Assembly: GCA_021741945.1 (NCBI GenBank)
Contig: JAIOWV010000001.1
Coordinates: 1-54,604 of the forward strand
Direction: 5' to 3'
Length of the DNA stretch: 54,604 bases
Source: Pontimonas sp.
GTDB taxonomy: Bacteria > Actinomycetota > Actinomycetes > Actinomycetales > Microbacteriaceae
Positions within the stretch are counted from its first letter, which is position 1. Every line of letters starts with the position of its first letter. Positions 1 through 8,138 of this stretch are shown in pieces. Below the pieces are notes generated by a model. That model saw only the letters and a program-made list of their open reading frames with translations, was not told where the DNA came from and did no database searches. A program made the position numbers and the translations under genes.

Positions 1-815
1 CGACCGATCGTGTGTTGGCACTCGATATGTCAGGCTCCCTCGCCGCCACAGTGTGGGCGCTGGGCTTTGGGGACCGCTTGATTGGGCGCGATATCTCCAC
101 GACCTTCCCGGGCGTTGAAGACCTGCCGGTCGTGACGGGCAGTGGTCACGCTATTTCTCCTGAATCAGTGCTCGCGCTGCGACCAGACCTGATCATCACC
201 GATGGGACCATCGGGCCCATCGATGTTGTTCTGCAGCTTCGTGAGGCAGGCATTCCCGTCGTGTTTGTTCGGGTGGCACCCGGTTTGTCGCAGCCTGCCG
301 AGCTGGCTCGCTCTGTCGCTGAGATTTTTGGTGCACCAGATGCTGGTGAACTCTTGGCAACGCAAGTCAATGCCGATATTGCTGCGGTGACCGAGATCAT
401 CGCCGCCCGCGCTCCGCAGGCCCGCGAAGACAAACTCCGGATGGTGTTTCTTTATCTGCGGGGAGCCAATGGCATCTATTACCTCTTCGGTGAAGAATCC
501 GGAGCTGGCGAGCTCATCACCGCGCTTGGCGGTATTGATATCGCCACAGAGATTGGCTGGGTCGGCCTTCGGCCGATGACCGATGAGGCCCTCATCGCCG
601 CCAACCCGGACCTAATTCTTGTAATGACCGGCGGACTGGAGAGCGTCGGCGGGGTGGAAGAGCTCATCGCGCTGAAGCCGGCATTGGGACTCACGCCAGC
701 CGGAGCTAATCTGCGCTTTGTCGATATGGCGGACGCGCAGGTGTTGAGTTTTGGCCCGCGAACGGCGTTAGTTATTGACGCTCTTGCTCGGGCGATTTAC
801 GCGCCCGAGCAGTAA
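1..815 (+). CDS. Heme/hemin ABC transporter substrate-binding protein (HmuT-like), 5' truncated
   Basis: Periplasmic binding protein type 2 features (GRDIST, ESVLALRPDLII, C-terminal SFGPRT); next to an HtaA gene; frame is open to the window edge. Confidence 0.8.
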   Translation, partial: TDRVLALDMSGSLAATVWALGFGDRLIGRDISTTFPGVEDLPVVTGSGHAISPESVLALRPDLIITDGTIGPIDVVLQLREAGIPVVFVRVAPGLSQPAELARSVAEIFGAPDAGELLATQVNADIAAVTEIIAARAPQAREDKLRMVFLYLRGANGIYYLFGEESGAGELITALGGIDIATEIGWVGLRPMTDEALIAANPDLILVMTGGLESVGGVEELIALKPALGLTPAGANLRFVDMADAQVLSFGPRTALVIDALARAIYAPEQ

Positions 816-1497
816 TCCAGAGCATTCCACCGCCCAAGAGAGCCAGGCCGAGCACGCCACCGGCGACCCACCAGGGGTTCAGGCCCCCAGGGGTCAAGCA
901 TGAGGGTGTGACCAGAAGTCGAATATCGACCGGGTCGAAGGGCTCACCTTCTGGGTACGTGCCAAAAGATTCAGAACCTGCCCCAGTGAGCGTGGCCTGG
1001 GCTCCAGTAACTACCCACTCTCCGGTGGCGACATCGACGCTCTCATCGCCAGCTGACCATTCGAGAGTGACAAACTCGACGTCATCGGCACTCACGCTCA
1101 CCATGTCCATGGTGTCGCCAGTCACATCAAAGACGAGTGTTGCGCTTCGCCCAGAATCAATCACCAGCGTGGGGTGCCCGAGCGAGGTGCGGAGGTTTCC
1201 ACCGTGACCTTCAAAGAGGAGCTCGCCCTCAAACGCCACGCTGCCGCCCGTGCGATCAGGTGCAATGGTCCCTTCGCCGCCAGTGAAGATGAAGACCGGA
1301 GTCTTATAGCCGACATCACCCGAGGTCGTCCATTGTCCAAGCGCAATGGAACCGGAGATATAGGACCTAAAAGATTCTTTGAACCCCCAGGTCACTTCGG
1401 ACTCCAGCACCTGGCACTGGCCCTCGGCCAGTGCAGCGGCAGGGGTGGACGACAATGCCAACAGCGTCGATAGCGCGAGGGCGGAAAAGCTAGGCAC
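772..1497 (-). CDS. HtaA-domain heme-binding surface protein
   Basis: Signal peptide, HtaA motifs WGFKESFRSYI and FxGHxG, C-terminal TM helix with basic tail. Confidence 0.85.
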   Translation of the reverse strand: MPSFSALALSTLLALSSTPAAALAEGQCQVLESEVTWGFKESFRSYISGSIALGQWTTSGDVGYKTPVFIFTGGEGTIAPDRTGGSVAFEGELLFEGHGGNLRTSLGHPTLVIDSGRSATLVFDVTGDTMDMVSVSADDVEFVTLEWSAGDESVDVATGEWVVTGAQATLTGAGSESFGTYPEGEPFDPVDIRLLVTPSCLTPGGLNPWWVAGGVLGLALLGGGMLWITARARKSPEQERQ

Positions 1498-1957
1498 CGG
1501 GGACCCGAACCATCAGGCGGTGGGGAATACCGGCTTCCATGAACAGCTCACCACGGGCTTCGAAACCAAACTTCGCATAGAGGCCCGTGACGTAGTCCTG
1601 GGCGTGGAGATAGAGGGGCACCTCACCAGCAATATCGAGCGCCCTGGCCATCAGGCGCTCGGCCAAGCCTTGGCCTCTGGCATCAGCACGGACCACCATG
1701 CGACCGAGGCTCTTAGCAATTCCTTCGTGAGCGTCTGCCGCCGCGGGGGAATCAACGATTCTCAGATATCCAGCCATCCCCCGGTCATCACCAACCCACA
1801 GGTGAATAGTCGAGGGGTCACGATCTGCCGCATCAAATTCTTCTTCAGTGATCTTCTGCTCCAGGAAGAAGACTTCACTGCGCAGGACCGCCATCTCGAA
1901 GACATCGTCAGGTGTGAATTCGCTCCACGTTTTGACCACAATCGATTCTTCGGGCAT
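1490..1957 (-). CDS. GNAT N-acetyltransferase (ElaA-like)
   Basis: LRSEVFFLEQ, RGQGLA acetyl-CoA motif, LHAQ...LYAKFGF...EAGIPH; start moved to ATG 1957 (TAAACT -10 just upstream). Confidence 0.85.
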   Translation of the reverse strand: MPEESIVVKTWSEFTPDDVFEMAVLRSEVFFLEQKITEEEFDAADRDPSTIHLWVGDDRGMAGYLRIVDSPAAADAHEGIAKSLGRMVVRADARGQGLAERLMARALDIAGEVPLYLHAQDYVTGLYAKFGFEARGELFMEAGIPHRLMVRVPGA

Positions 1958-2010
1958 GCTCGCGAGTTTAATAGGCAGTGCTGGTAATTCGAGCGGACTG
2001 AGGTGGAGAG

Positions 2011-2412
2011 ATGGCCGAGAAGATTGTGAAAGACGACGCATCCTGGAAGGCGGAGCTTGCCCCGGAGCGCTACGCGATTCTTCGCCAAGCTGCGACCGAG
2101 CCGCCCTGGTCGGGCGAGCTGCTAGCTGAAAAGCGTGAGGGCGTGTACCACTGTGCTGGGTGTGGAAGCGCACTGTTTGCCAGCGACACGAAGTTCGAGT
2201 CCGGCTCGGGTTGGCCCTCCTTCTATGCGGCTATTGACGATGGCGCGATTGACCTGCACGAGGATCGAAGCCTCGGCGCCATCCGCACGGAAGTTGTCTG
2301 TGCTGGTTGTGGCGGTCACTTAGGCCACCTGTTTCCGGATGGTTTTGGCACCCCGACCGGCCAGCGCTACTGCATGAACTCCCTGGCACTGGAGTTCGAG
2401 CCGAACTCCTAA
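2011..2412 (+). CDS. msrB: Peptide-methionine (R)-S-oxide reductase
   Basis: SGSGWPSF, two CxxC Zn motifs, HLGHLFPDG, RYCMNS. Confidence 0.97.
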   Translation: MAEKIVKDDASWKAELAPERYAILRQAATEPPWSGELLAEKREGVYHCAGCGSALFASDTKFESGSGWPSFYAAIDDGAIDLHEDRSLGAIRTEVVCAGCGGHLGHLFPDGFGTPTGQRYCMNSLALEFEPNS

Positions 2413-3365
2413 GTAGTGCGGCGCCCCAGGGTCACCATGAGGGCGCCGGCCAATGTCACCACGGCGCCGATGATTGTCGAGACGCTCAAGTGAGACGTTG
2501 ACAGCGGAGCGACGGCGTCCAAAATGATGGACCCAATCAGCTGACCACTAATCAGGCTGACGCCCAGACCAAGGACGCCAACAATTCCGACCACGGTGAC
2601 CTGCACCACGATAAACACCACCCCGATGAACCCCCCGGTCCAGAGCCACCATGTCCCAGGCAGGCTCGCCGGCAACCCGAGGGTGGGTAGCGAGACCAGA
2701 AAAGCCGCACTGAGGACAGCCGTGCCAACGACAAAGTTGACGAACGTCGCGGCGATCGCCGACCCCGCGACGTTGCGCACCCGACCATTGACGGCCTGCT
2801 GAAAGCCGGTCCCAGCACCCGCTAGCAGGGGCAGAAGAAAAAGGAGCCCCACATCGGGGAGCGAACCTGGCGTGACATCGAGTGCGACAACTACACCCAC
2901 AAGAACGATGAGTGCCCCGAGTCCCCGCTGGAGTCGAAGCGGAACCTTCGTCACGCCAAACCAACCCCTGGAATCAATCAGGACAGCGCCGAGGCTCTGT
3001 CCTGTCACCACAGCAATGGAGAACACGGCAACGCCCAGCACGCCAGCGCTCAGGCCCTGGGTCAGCACCAGGAAAGCCCCTCCAGCTCCACCCACCATTG
3101 CCCACCAGGGCAGGCGCCCCTCCGCTACAGCAGCCCGAAGATTGGCCAGGCCCGCCCGGCCCGAGGGACTGCCGAGCATCACGAGAGTGATCACGGTGAG
3201 GCCGGTCGAGAAAGAAATGAGGGCGGCAAGCGCCCCATTGCCCAAAGCAAGCCCAAATTCCCCATTGATCCGGGACTGCAGCGCAACGAATACCCCAGCA
3301 ACAACGCTCACGCCCACGGCAAGCGCGGTAACAGCTCTACTCGCTGGCGAAGTGGGGTTGCTCAC
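2409..3365 (-). CDS. DMT family transporter (two YdcZ-like repeats)
   Basis: About 10 TM helices; repeated Q-x-x-I/V-N-G motifs; GQ(S/L)(L/I)G motifs. Confidence 0.8.
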   Translation of the reverse strand: MSNPTSPASRAVTALAVGVSVVAGVFVALQSRINGEFGLALGNGALAALISFSTGLTVITLVMLGSPSGRAGLANLRAAVAEGRLPWWAMVGGAGGAFLVLTQGLSAGVLGVAVFSIAVVTGQSLGAVLIDSRGWFGVTKVPLRLQRGLGALIVLVGVVVALDVTPGSLPDVGLLFLLPLLAGAGTGFQQAVNGRVRNVAGSAIAATFVNFVVGTAVLSAAFLVSLPTLGLPASLPGTWWLWTGGFIGVVFIVVQVTVVGIVGVLGLGVSLISGQLIGSIILDAVAPLSTSHLSVSTIIGAVVTLAGALMVTLGRRTT

Positions 3366-3404
3366 CAGGCAAGGCTAGCGAAGGCCTGGAATTATGCTTA
3401 CCGA

Positions 3405-4433
3405 GTGAGCGCCACTCGAATTCCCCTCTGGGACAACGCAAGGTTTCTTGCAATCACTCTTGTTGTGCTCGGGCACGCGCTTACCAAAACCACGGCTGCA
3501 ACCGATAGCGCCTATGTGCTCTACACGGTGATTTATCTCTTTCACATCCCGCTCTTCGTTTTTCTCTCCGGGTACTTTTCCTCCGCCGATGCTCCAACAC
3601 TGAAGAGACTGCAGAGCGTGCTGGTTGACCTCCTACTGCCCTATCTCATCTTCGAAAGCGTGTGGTCGATCATTCAGAGTGTGAACGCCGGTGAGTTCTT
3701 GTTTAACCCGTTGCGAGCATCATGGACCCTGTGGTTCCTGCTGTCTCTGGCGGCATGGCGCATACTGCTGCCCTACATCGCCCTAATCCCTTTCCCCCTG
3801 GTGGTGAGCACGGCCATCGCCGTGCTCTCTGGTTACTGGAGCGTGGATCAAACCCTGTCTCTCTCCAGAACGCTGGCTTTCTTGCCGTTCTTCGTTCTCG
3901 GTTGGCGGGTACGGAATTGGGGTGTTGGAGAGTGGTGGCTCTCCAGATCGGCTCCGACCACGACCTGGATTCGAGTAGGCGGGGCTGTCACCTTCGCAGC
4001 GGTTGTCGCAGCGGTGGCCATCAACGTTGAGCGCCTCAGAGCAGCGGGCTTCCGCAAGCTCCTCACCGCCGATATGAGCTATGTCGATGCTGGTTTTGAT
4101 CAGTGGTTTAGCGGTGCCGGACGGTTCGGTGTCTTCGTGCTTGCAGTGCTCATGATTGCTGCTTTCGTGGTTCTGACCCCGAGGCGAAACACCTGGTTCA
4201 CAGCCCTCGGCGGAGCGACCATGACCGTCTACCTGCTGCACAGCTTTGTACTGGCACCACTGCGGGCGACCGAGCTTCTCTCAGGCTCTATCTCGTGGTG
4301 GCACCTAATACTGGTGGTGCTCGGAAGCATCGGCCTCACCATTGTTCTGGCGCAACCCTTTGTCACACGGCTATTCGCTCCACTGACGAGGCCGAGCTGG
4401 ATGCTGCCCTCGACTCGGATTATCAGCGCTTAG
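3405..4433 (+). CDS. Acyltransferase-3 family membrane O-acyltransferase
   Basis: R-x3-WDNARFLAITLVVLGH, FHIPLFVFLSGY, LWFL, YLLH. Confidence 0.88.
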   Translation: MSATRIPLWDNARFLAITLVVLGHALTKTTAATDSAYVLYTVIYLFHIPLFVFLSGYFSSADAPTLKRLQSVLVDLLLPYLIFESVWSIIQSVNAGEFLFNPLRASWTLWFLLSLAAWRILLPYIALIPFPLVVSTAIAVLSGYWSVDQTLSLSRTLAFLPFFVLGWRVRNWGVGEWWLSRSAPTTTWIRVGGAVTFAAVVAAVAINVERLRAAGFRKLLTADMSYVDAGFDQWFSGAGRFGVFVLAVLMIAAFVVLTPRRNTWFTALGGATMTVYLLHSFVLAPLRATELLSGSISWWHLILVVLGSIGLTIVLAQPFVTRLFAPLTRPSWMLPSTRIISA

Positions 4434-4462
4434 TCGAAGCCTTGCCCCGGGCCCCAAGCCGC

Positions 4463-4771
4463 TCAGGGCTCGCGATAGATGCTGTGGCGACCGACTCGTC
4501 GCCAGACCACAATCTGCTCGTTCTCGACTGTCACAAACTCAAAGGTGGCCCGGCCATCCGGGCCAGAGAAGGACCAGGTCATCGCCATGATGCCAGTGCC
4601 CGTCAGGCGCTCAACCCGCAGCGACTTGGGCCACACATAGTTCTCCGGATTGGCCTCATATTCTCGGGAGGCGACAATGAATCGGGCGAGAGTCTTCTTG
4701 AACGCGAGCCGCTCCTGCTCCGACAACTTCTGGTAGTCGGCACTAAAACGGGGAAGCACCCGATACTTCAC
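4463..4771 (-). CDS. Putative RelE/ParE-superfamily type II toxin
   Basis: 102-aa basic protein (F-x-x-DYxKL ... GRATF ... WRRVGRHSIY), overlapping the antitoxin stop (GTGA). Confidence 0.65.
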   Translation of the reverse strand: MKYRVLPRFSADYQKLSEQERLAFKKTLARFIVASREYEANPENYVWPKSLRVERLTGTGIMAMTWSFSGPDGRATFEFVTVENEQIVVWRRVGRHSIYREP

Positions 4772-5052
4772 TCCGAAGCGTCCAGGCTCTCGAGAAAGTC
4801 CTCGCCACTGGGGTAATCGGTCCCCTCTCCTCGGTTGCGCTGGCCCTCAGCCTCTTTTTCACCAGCCTGCCAGCTAGGGTCCCAAAACCACGCCTGTGTC
4901 GCGTCCAGAGCAACCTTTGGCCTCAAAATAATTTCTCCATCTGCATCGATCACCTCGACCTGCGCGCCGGGCTCGTCAAGGCGATACCGCCTGCGGATGG
5001 CAGCCGGCAGCGACACGGTCCCCCGCGATTGAATGGAGAGAAAATCGGACAT
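4768..5052 (-). CDS. AbrB/MazE/SpoVT-family antitoxin
   Basis: RGTVSLPAAIRRRYRL...G...IILRP swapped-hairpin motif; acidic C-terminus QAWFW...WQAGE. Confidence 0.88.
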   Translation of the reverse strand: MSDFLSIQSRGTVSLPAAIRRRYRLDEPGAQVEVIDADGEIILRPKVALDATQAWFWDPSWQAGEKEAEGQRNRGEGTDYPSGEDFLESLDASE

Positions 5053-5057
5053 GTCGA

Positions 5058-5098
5058 AATCCTAGCGTATTTCTGAATTTCAGAAATACGGAAGGATT
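5058..5098. promoter_or_regulatory. Palindromic operator of the TA operon
   Basis: Perfect 12-bp inverted repeat CGTATTTCTGAA-T-TTCAGAAATACG (5066-5090), extended by AATCCT/AGGATT; overlaps a TAGGAT -10 that lies 6 nt before the ATG. Confidence 0.8.
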
Positions 5099-5114
5099 AC
5101 TGAGTTCCTGTGCT

Positions 5115-5519
5115 CTATCCCCCGGGCGTGCAGGCGGCGGTGTAATCCATCAAGGCAATCTGAGATTCGGCGATCACCGTCGGGAGGTCAGCAACGCCCG
5201 AGATGCTCGGGTTCGCGACAGTCTCGAGCACCACATCAATCTGAGCGCTCAGGTCACCGTGGGCGGTGGCCAAGGTTGGCTCCTGCGGAGCAAGTGCCTT
5301 GAACTCGTCAGAGAGCTCGGTAAGTCGGACAGTGTAGGTATCCGCTGCCAGCGGGTTCGCAAGCGCCAAGCGCAGAACCTCTTGCATCTCGGTAAGGATT
5401 CCCACCGATTCGCTACACACCTGGAGCGAAGAGATCGACTCAGAGAGAGGATTACCCACACATCCAGTTATCCCGAGTGACGAGACGACGAGGGCTGCTG
5501 CGGTGAGCTGTTTTTTCAT
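5115..5519 (-). CDS. Hypothetical lipoprotein
   Basis: MKKQLTAAALVVSSLGITGC lipobox signal; helical acidic body; TACGCT -10 6 nt upstream of ATG 5519. Confidence 0.7.
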   Translation of the reverse strand: MKKQLTAAALVVSSLGITGCVGNPLSESISSLQVCSESVGILTEMQEVLRLALANPLAADTYTVRLTELSDEFKALAPQEPTLATAHGDLSAQIDVVLETVANPSISGVADLPTVIAESQIALMDYTAACTPGG

Positions 5520-5566
5520 GAGTTCAGCGTAGAACGCTGCGTTCGCGAAGCGCTGGGAAGGAGCTT

Positions 5567-6202
5567 CTAAACCTCTGTGAGCGACAGGCCCGCCAACCAT
5601 GTCGCGGCAGCAGCCAGGTCGCTCTCGCCGAGCCCATGCCCGCCAGGACGGACGGACCGCGTCACATGAGCCCCATGTGACGAGGCAACCTCATCCAGCT
5701 TTGTGACACTTGGCAGCGGCGCCATCGGGTCGTCGGTTCCATTGGCAAGAAACAGAGCGACCCCGGTGGCATCGCCGACCGGGTCGCGATCACCAAAGGG
5801 ATACATGCCAGAAAACGCCGCCACGGCGCGAACCGAGGTCGGGTGCAGCAAGGCCAGGGCAGAACCAATATTGGCTCCATTCGAAAACCCCACGGCAACA
5901 ACCGGCCGGTCCCCGACCCCGTAGTGAGCCTGAGCGTCGTTCAGGAACTCAGCCAATTCGCCTGCCCGAAAAATGACGTCATCAACATCGAAGATTCCCT
6001 CGCCCATCCTCGCAAACCACCTGTTCATACCGCCTTCGCTGACGCGACCTCGGGGAGACAGAATCGGCGAGCCCGGCAAAAGGGCTTTGCCCAGAGGAAT
6101 TAGGTCATGTTCGTCCGCGCCAGTGCCATGAAGGAGGAGCGCGATTGGTGTGTCCTGATTTCCATCAATCCAGACGTGAGGCCACGATTCAACTGCGCTC
6201 AC
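5567..6202 (-). CDS. Phospholipase/carboxylesterase-type alpha/beta hydrolase (MhqD-like)
   Basis: LLHGTG, GFSNGA nucleophile elbow, G-x-x-D and GGH; GTG start overlaps the upstream stop. Confidence 0.88.
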   Translation of the reverse strand: MSAVESWPHVWIDGNQDTPIALLLHGTGADEHDLIPLGKALLPGSPILSPRGRVSEGGMNRWFARMGEGIFDVDDVIFRAGELAEFLNDAQAHYGVGDRPVVAVGFSNGANIGSALALLHPTSVRAVAAFSGMYPFGDRDPVGDATGVALFLANGTDDPMAPLPSVTKLDEVASSHGAHVTRSVRPGGHGLGESDLAAAATWLAGLSLTEV

Positions 6203-7173
6203 TACGCCACCAACCCTTCCGGGTTGTTGGACGAGGGCACACTCAGGGGCGCTACCCGGGCTTCGATGGCTTCCCGGGAGGGCTCCAACCACGGCGGGAG
6301 CTTGAGCGAACGCCCCAGCTCGAGCAGTGGTTCATCCACATCGAAGCCTGGTGTGTCGGTCGCAATTTCATAGAGGACGCCGCCTGGCTCACGGAAGTAG
6401 ATCGAGGTGAAGTAGTTGCGATCAAGAATCTCTGTGACCGCGTGACCGCGAGAGACCAATTCCTCTCGCCAAATCGCCTGCGTTGCCTGGTCGGGCACCC
6501 TGAAGGCGATGTGGTGAACGGTGCCGCCCGCGGTCAAGCCTTGCGGCACAAGGCTTGAGGCCACCACATCAATCAGCGCGCCGGGACCTCCTTCTCCTGC
6601 CGCAATGCGCGTGCGGTTGCCCATTTCCTCAACAACGCGCATTCCCAAATCATTAACCAGCAATCCAATCGTGCGCTCCGGATCCCGCACGGTGAGAACC
6701 GAAGAGTGCTGGCCCCTAATCGCGTAGTCGGCCGGGTGGAGTGCTGACTCCCAGGGGTTACGGGGGTCATCTTCGTTCGTGGCCACAATCTCGATCTGGA
6801 GCCCGTCTGGATCCATGACCAGCAGGCGCTCCTCAGATGAGGATGTACTCGTAATCCTCGGCTCGAAGCCCAACCCCGTGAGATGTTCACGCCACCAGCC
6901 GAGCGAACCCGCCGGAACAGAAAAAGCCGTTTGAGTGGACTGGCCAGCGCCCACAACACCGGGTTTCACACCGCGCCAAGGGAAGAAGGTCATGAGGGTC
7001 CCGGGCTGCCCAGAGGCGTCGCCGTAGTACAGGTGGTAAGTCCCAGGGTCATCGAAATTGACCGTCTTCTTCACCAGGCGCAACCCCAAACCCGTGATGT
7101 AGAAGTCCACGTTCTTTTGGGGTTCGCCGGCAATCGCCGTGACATGGTGAAGGCCCTGTGGTTGGACGTTCAT
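6202..7173 (-). CDS. Ring-cleaving dioxygenase/glyoxalase (MhqA/MhqO family)
   Basis: GLHHVTAI, VKKTVNFDDPGTYHLYYGD, VHHIAFR, DRNYFTSIYFREPGG. Confidence 0.92.
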   Translation of the reverse strand: MNVQPQGLHHVTAIAGEPQKNVDFYITGLGLRLVKKTVNFDDPGTYHLYYGDASGQPGTLMTFFPWRGVKPGVVGAGQSTQTAFSVPAGSLGWWREHLTGLGFEPRITSTSSSEERLLVMDPDGLQIEIVATNEDDPRNPWESALHPADYAIRGQHSSVLTVRDPERTIGLLVNDLGMRVVEEMGNRTRIAAGEGGPGALIDVVASSLVPQGLTAGGTVHHIAFRVPDQATQAIWREELVSRGHAVTEILDRNYFTSIYFREPGGVLYEIATDTPGFDVDEPLLELGRSLKLPPWLEPSREAIEARVAPLSVPSSNNPEGLVA

Positions 7174-7274
7174 AGGTTTTTGCTCCTCAAGGATTCAGGG
7201 CAATATCTTGACACGGCCGTCTACAGGGAGTCAGTTCCGCCTGATCCAAAACTCCAGCGGCAGGCATCTCGACG

Positions 7275-7856
7275 CTATCCGCCAAGGACGCCAAGCAAAG
7301 CTTTCATCTCGTCGATCTCGGCTCGCTGCGCCACCGTGATTGCCTCGGCCAGAGCACGCACCTCGGTGTTGGCGGAATTGTCAATCATGCTGACCATGTC
7401 CAAAGCGCCTTCATGATGAGCAATCATGAGCTCCAAGAACATGACGTCGAATTCCGGCGAGGCTAGCGACGCTAGCGTCTCAAGATCGGCCTCGCTGACC
7501 ATTCCGCTCATGCCGTGAGCACCCATGTCGTGACCCTCCATCATTGACGAAGCGCCCGACTGCTCGAGCCAACGGGTCATTTCCTCAATCTCTGGGTCTT
7601 GACCCGCCTTGATGCGCTGCGCCAAATCCAGCACTTCCTCCGAAGCAGAAACTTCCATGGCCAGGTCCGATAGCTCTATGGCCTGTTGGTGATGGGGAAT
7701 CATCATCTGAGCAAACATGATGTCGTTGGCCGAATATGCCAAGGCCCCCTGTTCGCTGGAGGGGGCAGCGGGAGCGCCGATGTTGATGGTGCAGCCCGCT
7801 GCCAGGGCGAGGACGAGAACTCCCGTTACTGCTGAGGTGATTCGATTGCGTGTCAT
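7275..7856 (-). CDS. DUF305 ferritin-like lipoprotein
   Basis: Lipobox LAAGC; twin MIPHHQQAI / MIAHHEGAL motifs; Met/His-rich linker. Confidence 0.9.
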   Translation of the reverse strand: MTRNRITSAVTGVLVLALAAGCTINIGAPAAPSSEQGALAYSANDIMFAQMMIPHHQQAIELSDLAMEVSASEEVLDLAQRIKAGQDPEIEEMTRWLEQSGASSMMEGHDMGAHGMSGMVSEADLETLASLASPEFDVMFLELMIAHHEGALDMVSMIDNSANTEVRALAEAITVAQRAEIDEMKALLGVLGG

Positions 7857-7953
7857 AACTCCAGCACATCAGCTCGAGCTAGGAGTTCCCTGGGTACCAC
7901 GCCACCACACCACTGACCCGGGGTATCGTGAAAGATACGAAGAGAGGACACTC

Positions 7954-8115
7954 ATGGTCAAGAACAATCGCACCAACGAGCAGGCGCTTCGAGAGGGCCT
8001 CGCCGAAAAGGCTCGCATCACGGCAGAAAACGTGGCCCGCGAGTCTCTTGAAGAAGCCGAGCGTGAGGATCGCTTGGGAATTCACGACTCCCGCGAAGAG
8101 ACCAACAAGGCCTAG
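7954..8115 (+). CDS. Small charged hypothetical protein (53 aa)
   Basis: GAGAGG RBS before ATG 7954; fills the gap between genes; E/R/K-rich helix; hairpin at 8129-8148 downstream. Confidence 0.55.
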   Translation: MVKNNRTNEQALREGLAEKARITAENVARESLEEAEREDRLGIHDSREETNKA

Positions 8116-8138
8116 CCCTGGCCTCCCCCGAGGTCGCG

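Noticed and set aside
7203-7215. MhqR/MarR-like box (TATCTTGAC) upstream of the dioxygenase
   Set aside because: Only one half-site; it may simply be a TTGACA-like promoter element
7888-7927. CsoR-like operator upstream of the DUF305 gene (CCCTGGGTA, CCCGGGGTAT)
   Set aside because: Half-sites only; no TACCCC...GGGGTA palindrome
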